A stretch of 60,620 nt of DNA from NCBI GenBank assembly GCA_002104895.1, contig MCFG01000203.1, forward strand, positions 62,001-122,620, given 5' to 3'. Position 1 is the first letter of the stretch; each line of letters opens with the position of its first letter. The stretch is from Anaeromyces robustus (Eukaryota). The notes under the pieces were generated by a model that had not been told where the DNA came from, did no database searches, and saw only the letters and a list, made by a program, of their open reading frames with translations. Both the position numbers and the translations under genes were made by a program. Shown in pieces: positions 34,112 through 47,381 of this stretch.

Positions 34112-36887
34112 TAAGTTTAAATTATTTTCATAAATGTATTAATATTATTTATTTTGATATAAATATTTTTTTTTTTGAATTCTTTTGAATTTTATTTTTA
34201 TATAAAAATATTTTTTCATATCAAAAACAAAAAAAAAATAAAATAAAGTAAAATAAAAAATAAAATTAAAAAAATAAAATAAAAAAAAATAAAATAAAAT
34301 GAAAAAAGATAATAAATGGATAGATTATTTATTCATAAGGTTAAAAAAAATATAAAACAACAAAATATTAATAAAGTTGACAATAATTATTGAAATTTAA
34401 TTACTTTTAACATATATAGATTGTGGCTTATTATTGTGGCTTATTATTCTATTATACAGATAATTCATAAATCATATTTTAATTGTTTTTTATTTTTCAT
34501 TAATTTAAATAACATTTTTAGATATTATTTTATATTACTTTATTTTTGATTACACTAAATATGATATATATTTTAATATAATAGTTTATACTATTTAATA
34601 ACTAAACCTATATTTTGATTTAGTAATTGGTGATGTAGTTAAACAATTAAATAATAATTAAGTGAATAACATAGAGTCATTTAATTATCTTTAAAAGATC
34701 TATTAAATTTAATATAATAACGATTTAATCATATTCTATTGAACTTCATTTTTTTTCTTTATCAAATTCTATTGAACTTTATTTTTTTCTTTCTTTATAG
34801 GCAGGCATATCACTATGCACATGATATTCGTTCTCCAGTTCTTGCGGGATGAATGACAGCCTCTCTGCTCGTTCATATTTGGGTACACTTCTCAGTCTTC
34901 GCTTGGAATCAAATACTATTGAACTTCTAAATTTATTAAACCAATCTTATAAAATATGTCCGGATGCTCAAAGATATTCTACAGAAAAATGTAATAATAA
35001 TATGTACGTATATAATTTATCGATGTTTGTTAATGGTGATAATAAATATTCAATAAAATGTAAAAAAGGTCAACGGCATGAAATATCTTGATAATTCTGA
35101 ATGTTATTCTGGAATCTTTATTTTTATTACAATATTTTGTTACATCAAAGATAATGATGAAACAGTTCATCTCTCTAAGACTGCCGTTATTGTTAAATTT
35201 TATTAGTTTAGTTTTATTGGTAATAATAAGATGTCTTAATTCTTGCTTTCATAAAGCTTATCTAGTATATTGTTTTATTTTTTTTGTATAATTTATATTA
35301 TACGTTCGGTATATATATATTGATTCTAGAATTTAATAAGTAAATAATAAATGATAAATATTAAATAATAAATAATAAATAATAAATAATAAATAATAAA
35401 ACCATCATCATTTCTTTTCTTTTTTACTTAATTCATTCCCATATTTTTTGTTAAGTATACTTTAATTGTACCAAAAATCAAAATATTTACTGATTATCTA
35501 TAAAAAATACATAAATAATTAATAATTATACTTAAACCATAAGAATTGAATTAGGTTCATTTTAACTTCCATTATGTATTTCTTTTTATTTTTTTCTTTT
35601 TAAACAAAATATTGAATATTACGTAGTATAAGATTTTATATTTTAAAATTTCAATACAATAATAAGTGTAAATCTTTTTTTTTTTTTTTGGTTTAAGTTC
35701 AAAAAAAAAAAAAAAATTTTAATATTGAAACAAAATCTTGTTTATTATAGAATTTAATAGTTATTCAAAAACTATTTTTATCAAAGCTTTAATATTTAAA
35801 TATAAAAATTTACAAGAATAATTAATATTTATAATTAATATTTTGTTATTAATACAATAACAAAAATAGTATTCATATATAAAATACTTACATTAATTTT
35901 GGTTTTATTATCTTCTATAATTAATATATTGTGTTCATATGGGTAATAGATATATCGTAAATATAAAATATTAAATTATTTCTTTAATAAACATAAAAGT
36001 TATATTTACATGTATTATTGTTAAATTATTATTAATATATTTTAAAACATCTATTTTAATTAATAATATCTTTACACTTTTTACAAAAATTTTCATATTA
36101 TACAGATATAAAAATTCACTTATCTAACTTTTGGAACAACAATACGTTATTCTTACAGGATAAAATTAAAGTATATTAAAAACGTTATAAAATATATTAC
36201 ATACATGAATTGTGTACTATTATTATTAATTATTTTAAAATATAGAATAAAAAAATTTATTTATCAAATTATTTACTAAAATTTATTCATTTATTTATTT
36301 AGATAGATATAAAGATTATTTATATAAAATGTTTTATATATACAATAGTAAAATAAATTTATTATATTTTATCATATATTTAGTTTATCTTAAGTCATAA
36401 AACATAACACTAACTAAATCAAAATATCTTATTAAGTATTGATTTGTTTTGCTGTAATTACCAGCATAATTATTAAGTTCATAATAACTAAATATATAAT
36501 TGTTTTGTAGCCCAATTATCAAATTATATATATTATGGCAATTTATTATTAATTTATTATTTTTAATTATATTTTAAAAAAAAAATTAGATCAATTAGTA
36601 ACATCTCCTTAAATTCTCTAAATGTCATTACTATATAGTTAATAAAATATCTATTATTTAGTATAATTCATGCATAATAATAATAATAAAAGAAAAAAAA
36701 AACAATATTTTCATTAAAACTATGTATTTTCATTAAAAATAAAATATTTAATTATTTTTAAGAATAGTTTAAATTCCTTGTTATTTTTTAACCTTAAAAG
36801 ATCGTACTTCATTAAATTAAAAAATAATATATTTTTTTCAGTAATTTCTATTTATTTTTTATTTGATCATGTATTAATTAATTCTAT

Positions 36888-37632
36888 TATTATGTTAATA
36901 CACAATAAAATGAAAGTCAAAATGTTTTTTTTTTTTTGTGTAACATAATAATAAAATATATACATAAATAAATGAAATTAAAAAAAAAAAAAAATAACTT
37001 GAAATTCTGTTTTTTTAATTTAAACTAAAATATTATTTTGCATTACTATTTTAGTCGACCAGTTTCTATCCTGGTTGTTAAGGCGTTTCCTTAGCATACA
37101 TAAGGCTTCTGGATCGACACCGCATCTACCCCAAGCACAAGTGGTTTTCTCCTTCACGGGTTTTACACTGTGGCAAGGTAGTGCACAGGTATAGTATTTG
37201 TGGCGTAGCTACTCACGCCTCATTAAATAATATAAGTATATGAGTAGATCTTTAAGTCTAATAATGTGGGGTGCGGCTCTAAATTATTGGGCGGTTTCCT
37301 TGGTGACTACTATTCATATGTGGGGCTTGTAGACTGGACCCGTTATTAAGTTAGCGTTAGGGTTTAAGTACAAATGTAAAATATATGAATATACCAAGGG
37401 CGTCGACGCCGAAAAGGTAAGGCAGGGAATTTAATTCCGATACATTCATGTGAAAAATCACATGATAAGTCTATAAAAAAAAAAAAAGCATTACTATTAT
37501 GTCAATACACAAACAAATAAAAGTCAAAATTTCATTTATTTATGTATATATTTTATTATTAACATAATAATAATGCAAAATAATATTTTAGTTTAAATTA
37601 AAAAAACAGAATTTCAAGTTATTTTTTTTTTT
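36888..37632. repeat. Local duplication/inversion flanking the SINE
   Basis: 36990-37048 is the reverse complement of ~37568-37627 (aaataacttgaaattctgtttttttaatttaaactaaaatattattttgcatta). 36946-36979 is inverted at ~37528-37560. 36888-36923 is an imperfect direct repeat at 37495-37530. Confidence 0.8.
37051..37487 (+). mobile_element. Candidate tRNA-derived SINE with LINE-related 3' end
   Basis: TSD gcattactatt at 37040-37050 and 37488-37498; A13 tail 37475-37487; GC much higher than the flanks. A-box-like tatcctggttg (37067-37077), anticodon-loop-like cttagcat and B-box ggatcgacacc (37111-37121). The 3' motif 37393-37423 is similar to the LINE 3' end. Confidence 0.8.
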
Positions 37633-37908
37633 AAAATTTATATTTTTGATGAAAAATGTTTTATCCTAAATTTTCATAGTTGTGAAAAAATTATTACTTC
37701 TCCACAGATTATTTTAAAAAGAAAATTAAAAGCTATATCTAAAATCATTTTAATTAACATCAAATATATAATTATCAACAAAAGAAAAAAATTATGATAT
37801 ATATCTGAAAAATTTAAGATTATTTTGATGATAGTAATAATATAGAAATTTTACTTGAAATTCTCATAAAATTTCTATATATAAAAGTAATTAAAAAATT
37901 ATTATTAA

Positions 37909-37955
<47 letters not shown>

Positions 37956-38049
37956 ATTAACAATTAAACCAAACTATTCTATAATAATAATTACAACAAA
38001 AACTAACAAAAAAAAAAAGCATAAATTATTTATTAATTAATTTATATTT

Positions 38050-38076
38050 GTTTGTTTATTTATGTATTTATTTTAC

Positions 38077-38127
<51 letters not shown>

Positions 38128-38192
38128 CTTATTTACTTATTTATTTATTTATTTACTTATTTACTTATTTATTTATTTATTTATTTATTTAC

Positions 38193-38250
<58 letters not shown>

Positions 38251-38312
38251 ATTTTTATTTATTTTTTATTTATTTTTTATTTATTTTTTATTTATTTTTT
38301 ATTTATTTATTT
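38050..38312. repeat. Degenerate (TATT)n microsatellite
   Basis: Tandem TATT/TACT units; source of the spurious FIYL ORFs. Confidence 0.9.
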
Positions 38313-40067
38313 ATTTTCCTTTTATTACAATCTAATAACCAATAGAAATGTAAATTTAAAACATTTTGTATCAATATATTAATCCATATATTAATTAATA
38401 TATATTAATATATTAATATATTATATATTACAATATATTACATTATTATTGAATCATTCCTTTAATTTAAATGTATAAAAAAAAATTTTTTTTTCTTGGT
38501 ATTACTAAATGGTTAGCGAATAAAATAATTAAATATATATAATATAATACAATATATATTATATTATATTAATAATATATACATTAATATATTCATAAAG
38601 TTTTTATTTTTTTTAAAAAAAAAGATTAGTTTCCAATTTAAACATTAAAAATAATATATTTGTATTCATTATTGTTTATTTATTAAACTTTTCATTTATT
38701 TATTATATTTTATTTATTTAATAATTATTAAACATTTATTCATTAAATTTTAATTTAATGAATTATATATAATTAATAATTAATTAGCTTAAATAAGCAA
38801 TTAATAATTACAATTATTGTTTTATTTTGTTTTTTCATTTTTAAAAAATTTGTTCGATTATTTATCCTCATATAGTATTCATATACTGTTATTTTACATA
38901 ATTATTGGCTCAAAAAATACATTATACTTAATATTATTAATATTAATTAATTATTTCTTGGTTTTTTATAATAATAAAAAAAAACGTTATTAATAAATAA
39001 AAACATTTTTTTATATTTTAAAATTATTTTCATTTTTTTAAAAAGTTAAAATATTATAAAATTAATTTTTCTTTTTTAAAAAATAAGAAGTAAAAATAAA
39101 AATAAAAAATTAAATAGAAGAAATTTAAATAAAAAGATTAAAAAAAATTTAAAATCAAAGAAATAAATATAAATAATTATAAAATAATATAAAAATAAAT
39201 ACAAATTAAAATATAAGAAGCAAAAAAGAAATTATAAAATAATTTAAGTTTTTTTTTTCTTTAAGAATTTTATATTATATTTTAGAAATTTTGATGTATA
39301 TTTAATAAAATCAAAATTATTCATTAGTAATTTATATAAATTATCACAAAAACTTAAAATAGCTCATCATATTTTAATATTTTTTGTTTATATAAAAAAC
39401 AAATAAAACATCTTTTTATTTAAAATTTCTACTTCTTATTATACAAAAAGAAAAAATAATTTAATCTCTATATATTAATTAATTCATAAAAAAATAAAAT
39501 ATTTTAAAAAAAAATAAAAATGATTTAAGTATTTAATTATTGCTTAAGAAAACAATAAAAATTAAAAATCAAAGAAATAATTATAATACTATCTTTATCA
39601 TTAAATGTCACTTTTTATATATAGTTTTAATACTATATTTATATAATTTAGTATAAAACAAGATATTTATTTTTTATATTTATATTTAAATTTTATACCA
39701 TCATATAAAATGAAATATATTAATTAATTAATAATTGAATTTCTATCGATTATATACTACAATATCTGGAATGAATAATTATTATTATAACAAAATAATA
39801 ATAACAATAAATATAAATTATAAATCTATTTTATTAATATAGTAGTGTAACTCGAGTAAAAAATTCCTAATATTATAGTATAATATATCTTTTTGATAAA
39901 AGATATTTTAAACTATTAAAACAATAATAAAAAAGCAAAATAAAAGGCAGAAAAAAATAAAAAAAAAAAGTAAAGTAAATACCAACATTTTTCATTTATA
40001 TTGTATAATAATTTATTTAATTTGACGTTTTATAATTGAAAAAAGAATAATAAAAATAAAAATAAAA

Positions 40068-41427
40068 ATGAATAAGTATATAATAATTTCAATAATACTG
40101 GGATTAATAAATTCACTATCAGCAAGTAATTTACACACAAGAGATTTCATTGATGATGAAAATGATCTTATCCCAAAAGATTGTAGAATTGCAATAACTT
40201 TTAATCTTGATAGTATGAATAGTTGTATTCAACTCTTACAAGACAACACAATAGAAGAAGATGAATTAGATTCACTATGTGAATCTTTTGAAGATTATTA
40301 TGCACAAGATACTGAAAATGAAACAGATGATGAAGAAGAAACAATTTCATCAAAACCTGATAATGAACAAAATAATCTAACTGAAGAAGAAGAAGAAGCT
40401 TTAAAACATGTAAATCAAGTTATAAATGATTATATTGATAATTCTGAATCTTCTCAAAAAACTGAAAAAGAGAACGAGGAAGAGAATGAGAAAATAAGTT
40501 ATTATAAAACTGACCAATTTATAGGAGCAAATCAAATTTCTAATGAAATAATAAATACCAAAAATGGTAATGAAGACAAAAATGAAGATAATGATAAATA
40601 CAAAGATGATATTAAAAAAGATGATGGGAAAGAAATTAAGGATGATAAAGGTGATGAAAATGATGATAAAAACAATGATAAAACCAAAAATATTGATAAA
40701 AGATCATCTAAAAATTACCAAAAGAAAATTTGCAAAATTTATGTAAAAAAATGGAAACGTAAATGTAAAGATTTACCAAGAGTTGAATCTGTTATAAATG
40801 CACCTTTAGAATACTTTTATTTTAGAAGAAAGAGTTATTGTTTAAAAAACAGTCAAAATCGTTACTGTACAATAGTAATGAATGAAATAAAAAATCGTGT
40901 TTATAACGAAACAGCGAAAGTAAATTTACCTTTAACTGATCAAGAAAAAAATGACACTTGTGAATGTTACAAAGAAAAAATGAATTATTATGGTGAAGAA
41001 TATTTAAGTAGTAATAATACAGTAAAACAAGAACCCATGAAATATTATAGTAAAAATAAAAAACAAAACGATTCAAAAACTTCAGAATCATCAATAAAAC
41101 CAGAAGAAAGTGTAACGCCTAATAAATATAAAAGAAATTTAGATATTGAGAATAAAAATAAAGATTATAATAATAATAATAATAATAATAATGGTAAACA
41201 AACAAAAGTGTTTTGGAATTATTTAGATAAAATAATATCTCAATATCTTCCAACAAAATTTGGTATGCGTGGACGTACTAAATTTAATTATATACCTAGT
41301 TTTAAAGACATAAGAGAAAAAGTTAAAAATGGAAAAATGAAAGATTATAGTTTTGCTGAAATTCTTGCTCAAGAAATTGAAAAACTTTTACATCCAGACT
41401 CTGATATATTTAATGATTATGATAATG

Positions 41428-41458
<31 letters not shown>

Positions 41459-41687
41459 TAATAAAGTTAAACGTATGCAAGCTACTGATAATATTCAAAA
41501 ATTGAAAAAATTAATTAATCTTTATGAAAATGAAATGAATGAATTTATGGATATTTCAACATGTAATATTACTTTTTCTGAACTTAATCCAAAAAATGTT
41601 GTATCAAATGCACTCTCTATTAAGTCTATATCACTTACCTTATTAATAACACAAATTTCAATAACAATTTTATTTTATTTATTTTAA
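40068..41687 (+). CDS. Secreted, probably GPI-anchored Cys-containing surface protein, 539 aa
   Basis: N-terminal signal peptide MNKYIIISIILGLINSLSA; C-terminal SNA small-residue site followed by a hydrophobic tail ending ITILFYLF; spaced Cys (YC..YC, CEC). Confidence 0.8.
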
Positions 41688-42159
41688 TATAATTCAATGA
41701 AAGTATTTCACATTTTTTTTTTAAATAATATACTAAACAAAAAAAAAAAACTAATAATATTAAAAAATAATATTATTAAAATTAAATATAGATAAAAAAA
41801 AAACTATACAATAAATAATATGAAAAAAAAATTAAAAAATAAATTAAATTTAAGGAAAAAAAAAAAAAAGTAAAAAAATATTAAAAATATGAAAAAATTT
41901 AAAATATAATGAAATAATAATGAATTAATAAAATAAAACATATGTATTTTTAATTTTTTGATTATAAAATACTATAAAAAAAAAAAAAAAAAGAAAAGAA
42001 AAAAAAAAAATAGAAAACAAAAGAAACAAAACTTTTTATTTTTATTTTTTTTTTTTTTTTTTCGAATAATAATTTATTATTTATTATTGTTTTTTAGTTA
42101 TTGTAGTAAATATTTAATTAATTATTATATACTATTTTATTTATCATTATTAAATAAAA

Positions 42160-42348
42160 ATAAAATAAAAAATTCCCATATATTTTATCATTATTGTAAA
42201 ATAAAAAATTCCCATATATATTATCATTATTGTTAAAATAAAATAAAAAAAATTCCATATATTTTATCATTATTGTTAAAATAAAATAAAAAAATTTCAT
42301 CTATTTTATCATTATTGTTAAAATAAAATAAAAAAAATTCCATATTTT
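42160..42348. repeat. Minisatellite, ~37-41 bp unit, ~5 copies
   Basis: Repeated aaaataaaaaattc(c)catatattttatcattattgt(t). Confidence 0.85.
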
Positions 42349-42800
42349 AATTTTTCATTTCATTTTAATAAAACTATAACCTATAACAATAACAAAAATA
42401 TTAATAATAAAAATATCAATAAATGAATAACTATTATTTAATATATTCTATGGAATACCAATACTATAACAATATTTTTGATATCATTATATCATTAAAT
42501 AAATTGTATTATTATAAAATCGTTTTTATTATAAATAATTATTTATAATTATTAAATAATTAAACAAACAATAACAATAATAAGTATCCTTTAATTAATT
42601 TATAAAAAAGGATAGGAATTATTGATTTAATAAATAGGATAAAATTTGGTAAATAAAATGAATTATACTAAAAAAGATGTTATATATAAATATATTGATA
42701 ATTATAATTAAAAATAATAATAAAAATTAATAATAAAAATAATACTGAATTTAAATTATTAGAAATGTATAATTTATATATTTCTTGATATGAATTATAC

Positions 42801-43129
<329 letters not shown>

Positions 43130-43459
43130 GGTAATTGCTTTATCATATGTTGGTAAATGAGGATTTTTATTTTAATTAACAGGTGTAATGTTTTCATTTA
43201 AAACATATACTGGTAAAGTGATTATTGTTTTTGGTTAAAATATATTCTAGTAAAATATCATCATTATTATTGTTGTTACAGTTACTATAATTATTAAAAT
43301 TATAGCCTTTTTTCCATGTCTTAGTAGTATTAGAACTACTAAACCAAAAATAACCATTCCAAATATTCCAAATCCAAATATTAAATAATCATTACTATCT
43401 TCATTATTACATTTCTGTATACTATCACGCCATATCATTGAGGCTATATTTATTTATAT

Positions 43460-44035
43460 ATATAATTGAAAATATTATAGATAAGTTTGATTTAAATCAA
43501 CAAAATAAACTTGATAATATAATTCTTCATTATTCCATTAAATTAATAGATGAATATCCTATCAATGGTCTATGTTATGTTGATAAAGAGCTTAAAAATA
43601 ATCAAGAAAAATCACTTATGGACATTTTAATAGAAATAAAAAATTAAGGGGAAAAAAGATGATAAAAACAACCAAAACAGTATAAATGACTATAATGAAT
43701 TATCAAATTTTTAACATCTAATATCTCTAAAAGGAATGAAAAAAGCATTAAAATTAAAAACATCAAATTCACTGATATCATCTATTAAATTATTATTATT
43801 ATTTAAAAAAAAAACACCGATGAAAAAATTAATAATTATATTAAAAAGTATCAATTAGAACAATTTAAAATGGAATATGAAAATTTAATTCTACATCTAA
43901 TCATATTTCTCCCTTTTGAAAAAACTGAAAATGAAATGGGATTTATGTAACATATATTGAAATATTAACGAAATTTTTCCAGAATACTACAGAAACAAAT
44001 ACAAAAGATACGGATACTATTAATTAAAATGGAAT
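43460..44035 (+). pseudogene. Degraded ankyrin-repeat gene relic
   Basis: FDLNQQNKLDNIILHYSI...VDKELKNNQEKSLMD resembles ankyrin consensus (D.N.Q...GNT.LH; D...KNN.GKT..D). Downstream coding-like sequence is broken by stops and frameshifts. Confidence 0.4.
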
Positions 44036-44583
44036 AAATAAAAATATTATATAACTATTAAATAAAAAAAAAATAACTATTATATTTCAAAATAAGAATA
44101 ATAATACTTTTTTTTTAATACGTATTTTAATAAGAGATAAAAAATTATTAATTTGATAATATAATTAATAATTTAAGATTTGAAAATTGATACTTATTTT
44201 AAAAAATTTAAAGTTTTGCAGAAAATAAAAAAGAAAAAAATTTTTTAAATGATAATAATATTTATGACAGCATATATTTTAATTTATATATATAAAATCT
44301 TATTTGTAAAAATTTATTTATATATATAAATATATCAATAATCATAATATTTATACTATAAAAAAAAAGCAATAAATTTATTTCATTTTGAATATAATAG
44401 AGTAATAAATAAAAAAAAAAAAAAAACTAAATCACTATCAATTACGAACATTTAGAAAGAAGTTATCATATATAAAGTGTTTTTCATAAATATTAACAAT
44501 AATTTCATTAAATTTATATTTATAAAATTAACATAAGCATAAAAAATTTATTATAATTAGTTTTTTCATTTCTCATTTCTGTA

Positions 44584-44782
<199 letters not shown>

Positions 44783-46720
44783 AATATATTTTAATATTAT
44801 ATATATTTATTTTACTATTATAGTTATAAATATAAATATTGTTTTATATATTGTTTTATATAAATAAATTTTTTATTAGTATGATATTCATATATATTGG
44901 TTATATATTTAAATTTATTTATTTTATATATATTTTTAATTAAATTAAATATAATTTAATATATGTAAAATATATTATTATATATTAAATGCTAAGAATA
45001 ATTAATATCCAATGAAAATAACCAATAAATATAATTAATCCATTATTACTCTATACTATTTTTATCCAAATATATTATATTACATTGTAAAGATTATATA
45101 TAATCTTTTTTTAATTCTGTATAATGTTTTTATATTTGAAAATTAATTTAAATTTAATTTATTTTATACTAAATAATAGTATATATTTAGTTTACTATAA
45201 TATATTAATTAATATGTTATTTATATAATACAATATATATACCATATATTAAATAATTAATATAATAAATAAAGGAAATTATAAGTTATATAATAATAAT
45301 TAAATGAATAAAATAAGATATTAAATAAATACTTAATAAATAAATTAATGAATAAATAAATAAATAAATAAATTATAGAATATCTTTGTTCCTAAAAATT
45401 GATTATACTCATAAACAAAGATAAAGAAAAAAAAAAATTTAAATAATAATTAATTAATAGTAAATAATTACCATAATTACTAGTAAAAAAAGAAAAAAAA
45501 AAAGTTTGTACAAATCTTTTTATATATAAAAATATTCTTATTAGTTATAATAATTATTATTATTTTAATATATTATAATAATAATAATAGAAAAATTAAT
45601 AATACTAATAATGCTAACAATAATAATATTAGTTTATTTTAATATTTCTATAATTATTAAATATTATTAAATACTTAAATATTTTAATATTTTAAAAACT
45701 TTAATTAATAATATTTAATAGTATTTAAATAATATGATTTATTTATTATATTATTTATTTATTTATTTATATTAATTATTTATTCATTCATTCATTTAAT
45801 AAAAAATATATACGAAAATGAATTATATATAAAAGTTTATTTTTCTTTATTCATATGTTTTTATATTTAATAATGATTAATTAAATATATTTAATAAATA
45901 ATAAAAAAAATTTTTTATATTTAGAAATATTATTAATTAAGATTAATATAACAAATTTAATATACAATAATTAAAAAAAAATTTTTTTTAAAAGCCAACA
46001 TACAGAACTGTTTCACTTTTTTTTTATTATTAGTATTTTCTACAATAATTTATTTTTTCTTATTTAATTTATTTTTAATTTTGTCTTTTTATATATTTAC
46101 ATCAGAAATTCCATTAAAAAAATAACTAAATATCATTTTTTAGTTATTTATCATTATATCTTATCATTACATAAATATTAAAAACATCTATTAATTTTTT
46201 GTTAATTATATAAAATTCAAAATATAATATGAATTAATTTTTTATTATTATTTTTTAGTAATTTGTATTGTAAATATTGTATATATAGTATATATCATAG
46301 AAAATAACAAACCAAATAATAAAAAAAAAAACCAAATAATCCTAATTTTGTATATGTGTTTTTAAATATATAATATAATCTTGTAAATAATATCAAGCAG
46401 TATCAAGTAAAATTTTAATATAATATATATAATAATCAGAGCTTTTTAAATAATTAATATATATAATAAAAGTAATAATAATAGCTTTTTTTTCTTTATT
46501 ATTATTTTTATTATATATATATATTGTAAAAAAGAAAAAATTAAAATAATTTAAATAAGAAAAAACAAATATTAACATTAATATTAAATTCAAAAGTATA
46601 TTATTGACATATTAAATAACAAAAAAAAAAAAAAAGAAAAAGAAAAAAGAAAAAGAAATAACAATATAGTAATAGTCTTAATAAATAATAATTAAGATAA
46701 TTAAATTAAATAATACAAAA

Positions 46721-47348
46721 ATGACAGATACTTTATATTCATTATATACTGAAAGTCCAACTGAGACTTCTACTACTTATTATTCTGAAAATATCTTATC
46801 ACCATATGCTTCAGAAAATATTACTGAATCTATAAATAATAATACCCTAATTTCCAGTATAAATTCTATGGTTACTTTTCAAAATAATTTAAATCAAAAA
46901 TATACCAATGCAAAAGAATTACCAAATGAAATTTTGTTAAAAATCTTCAATTATTTAGATAATATGAATGATATATTAAATTTACGTTGTGTCAATAAAA
47001 AGTTTAAATCTTTAAGTGAAGTAAAACTTTATGATATTATCGAAGAAAAAATACAAACATTAGAAAGTAAGAAAAAGAGTTTAGAAAGACGACTTTCACA
47101 TATGAAAAATCATTTATGTCCAAGACTTTCACATTATAAAGTATTTTTAAACGTTATTAGTCGTTCAGACGTTTCTGAACTTTGTAATCTTCCAAAACCT
47201 CCAAGAGAAGTTAAATACATTTTTAGTGTTCTTTATATTTTATATACTGGTGGTAAAAATTGTCGTTGTATACAATGTACTCAGAATAAAAATACACTCA
47301 GTCCTAATTCATATTCTAATTTTAATAATATAAGTAGTAGCAATAGTT

Positions 47349-47381
<33 letters not shown>

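Noticed and set aside
37350..37366. AACCCTAAC on the minus strand as a telomerase RNA template
   Set aside because: The TSD, poly(A) and tRNA head all define a plus-strand retroposon. The 9-mer lies in a predicted stem and can occur by chance.
37325..37473. Group I intron P7-like pair (tagact/agtcta) or RNase MRP-like TGGGGCTT
   Set aside because: The other required core elements were not found, and the SINE architecture explains the insert better.
38048..38382. ORFs of FIYL, poly-Y and poly-I type (also near 24054, 27296, 30039, 42790, 56899)
   Set aside because: They are translations of TATT/TAA microsatellites or antisense frames of poly-Asn coding sequence.
42160..42348. CRISPR-like array
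   Set aside because: Head-to-tail AT-rich repeats without unique spacers, in a eukaryotic context with no cas genes.
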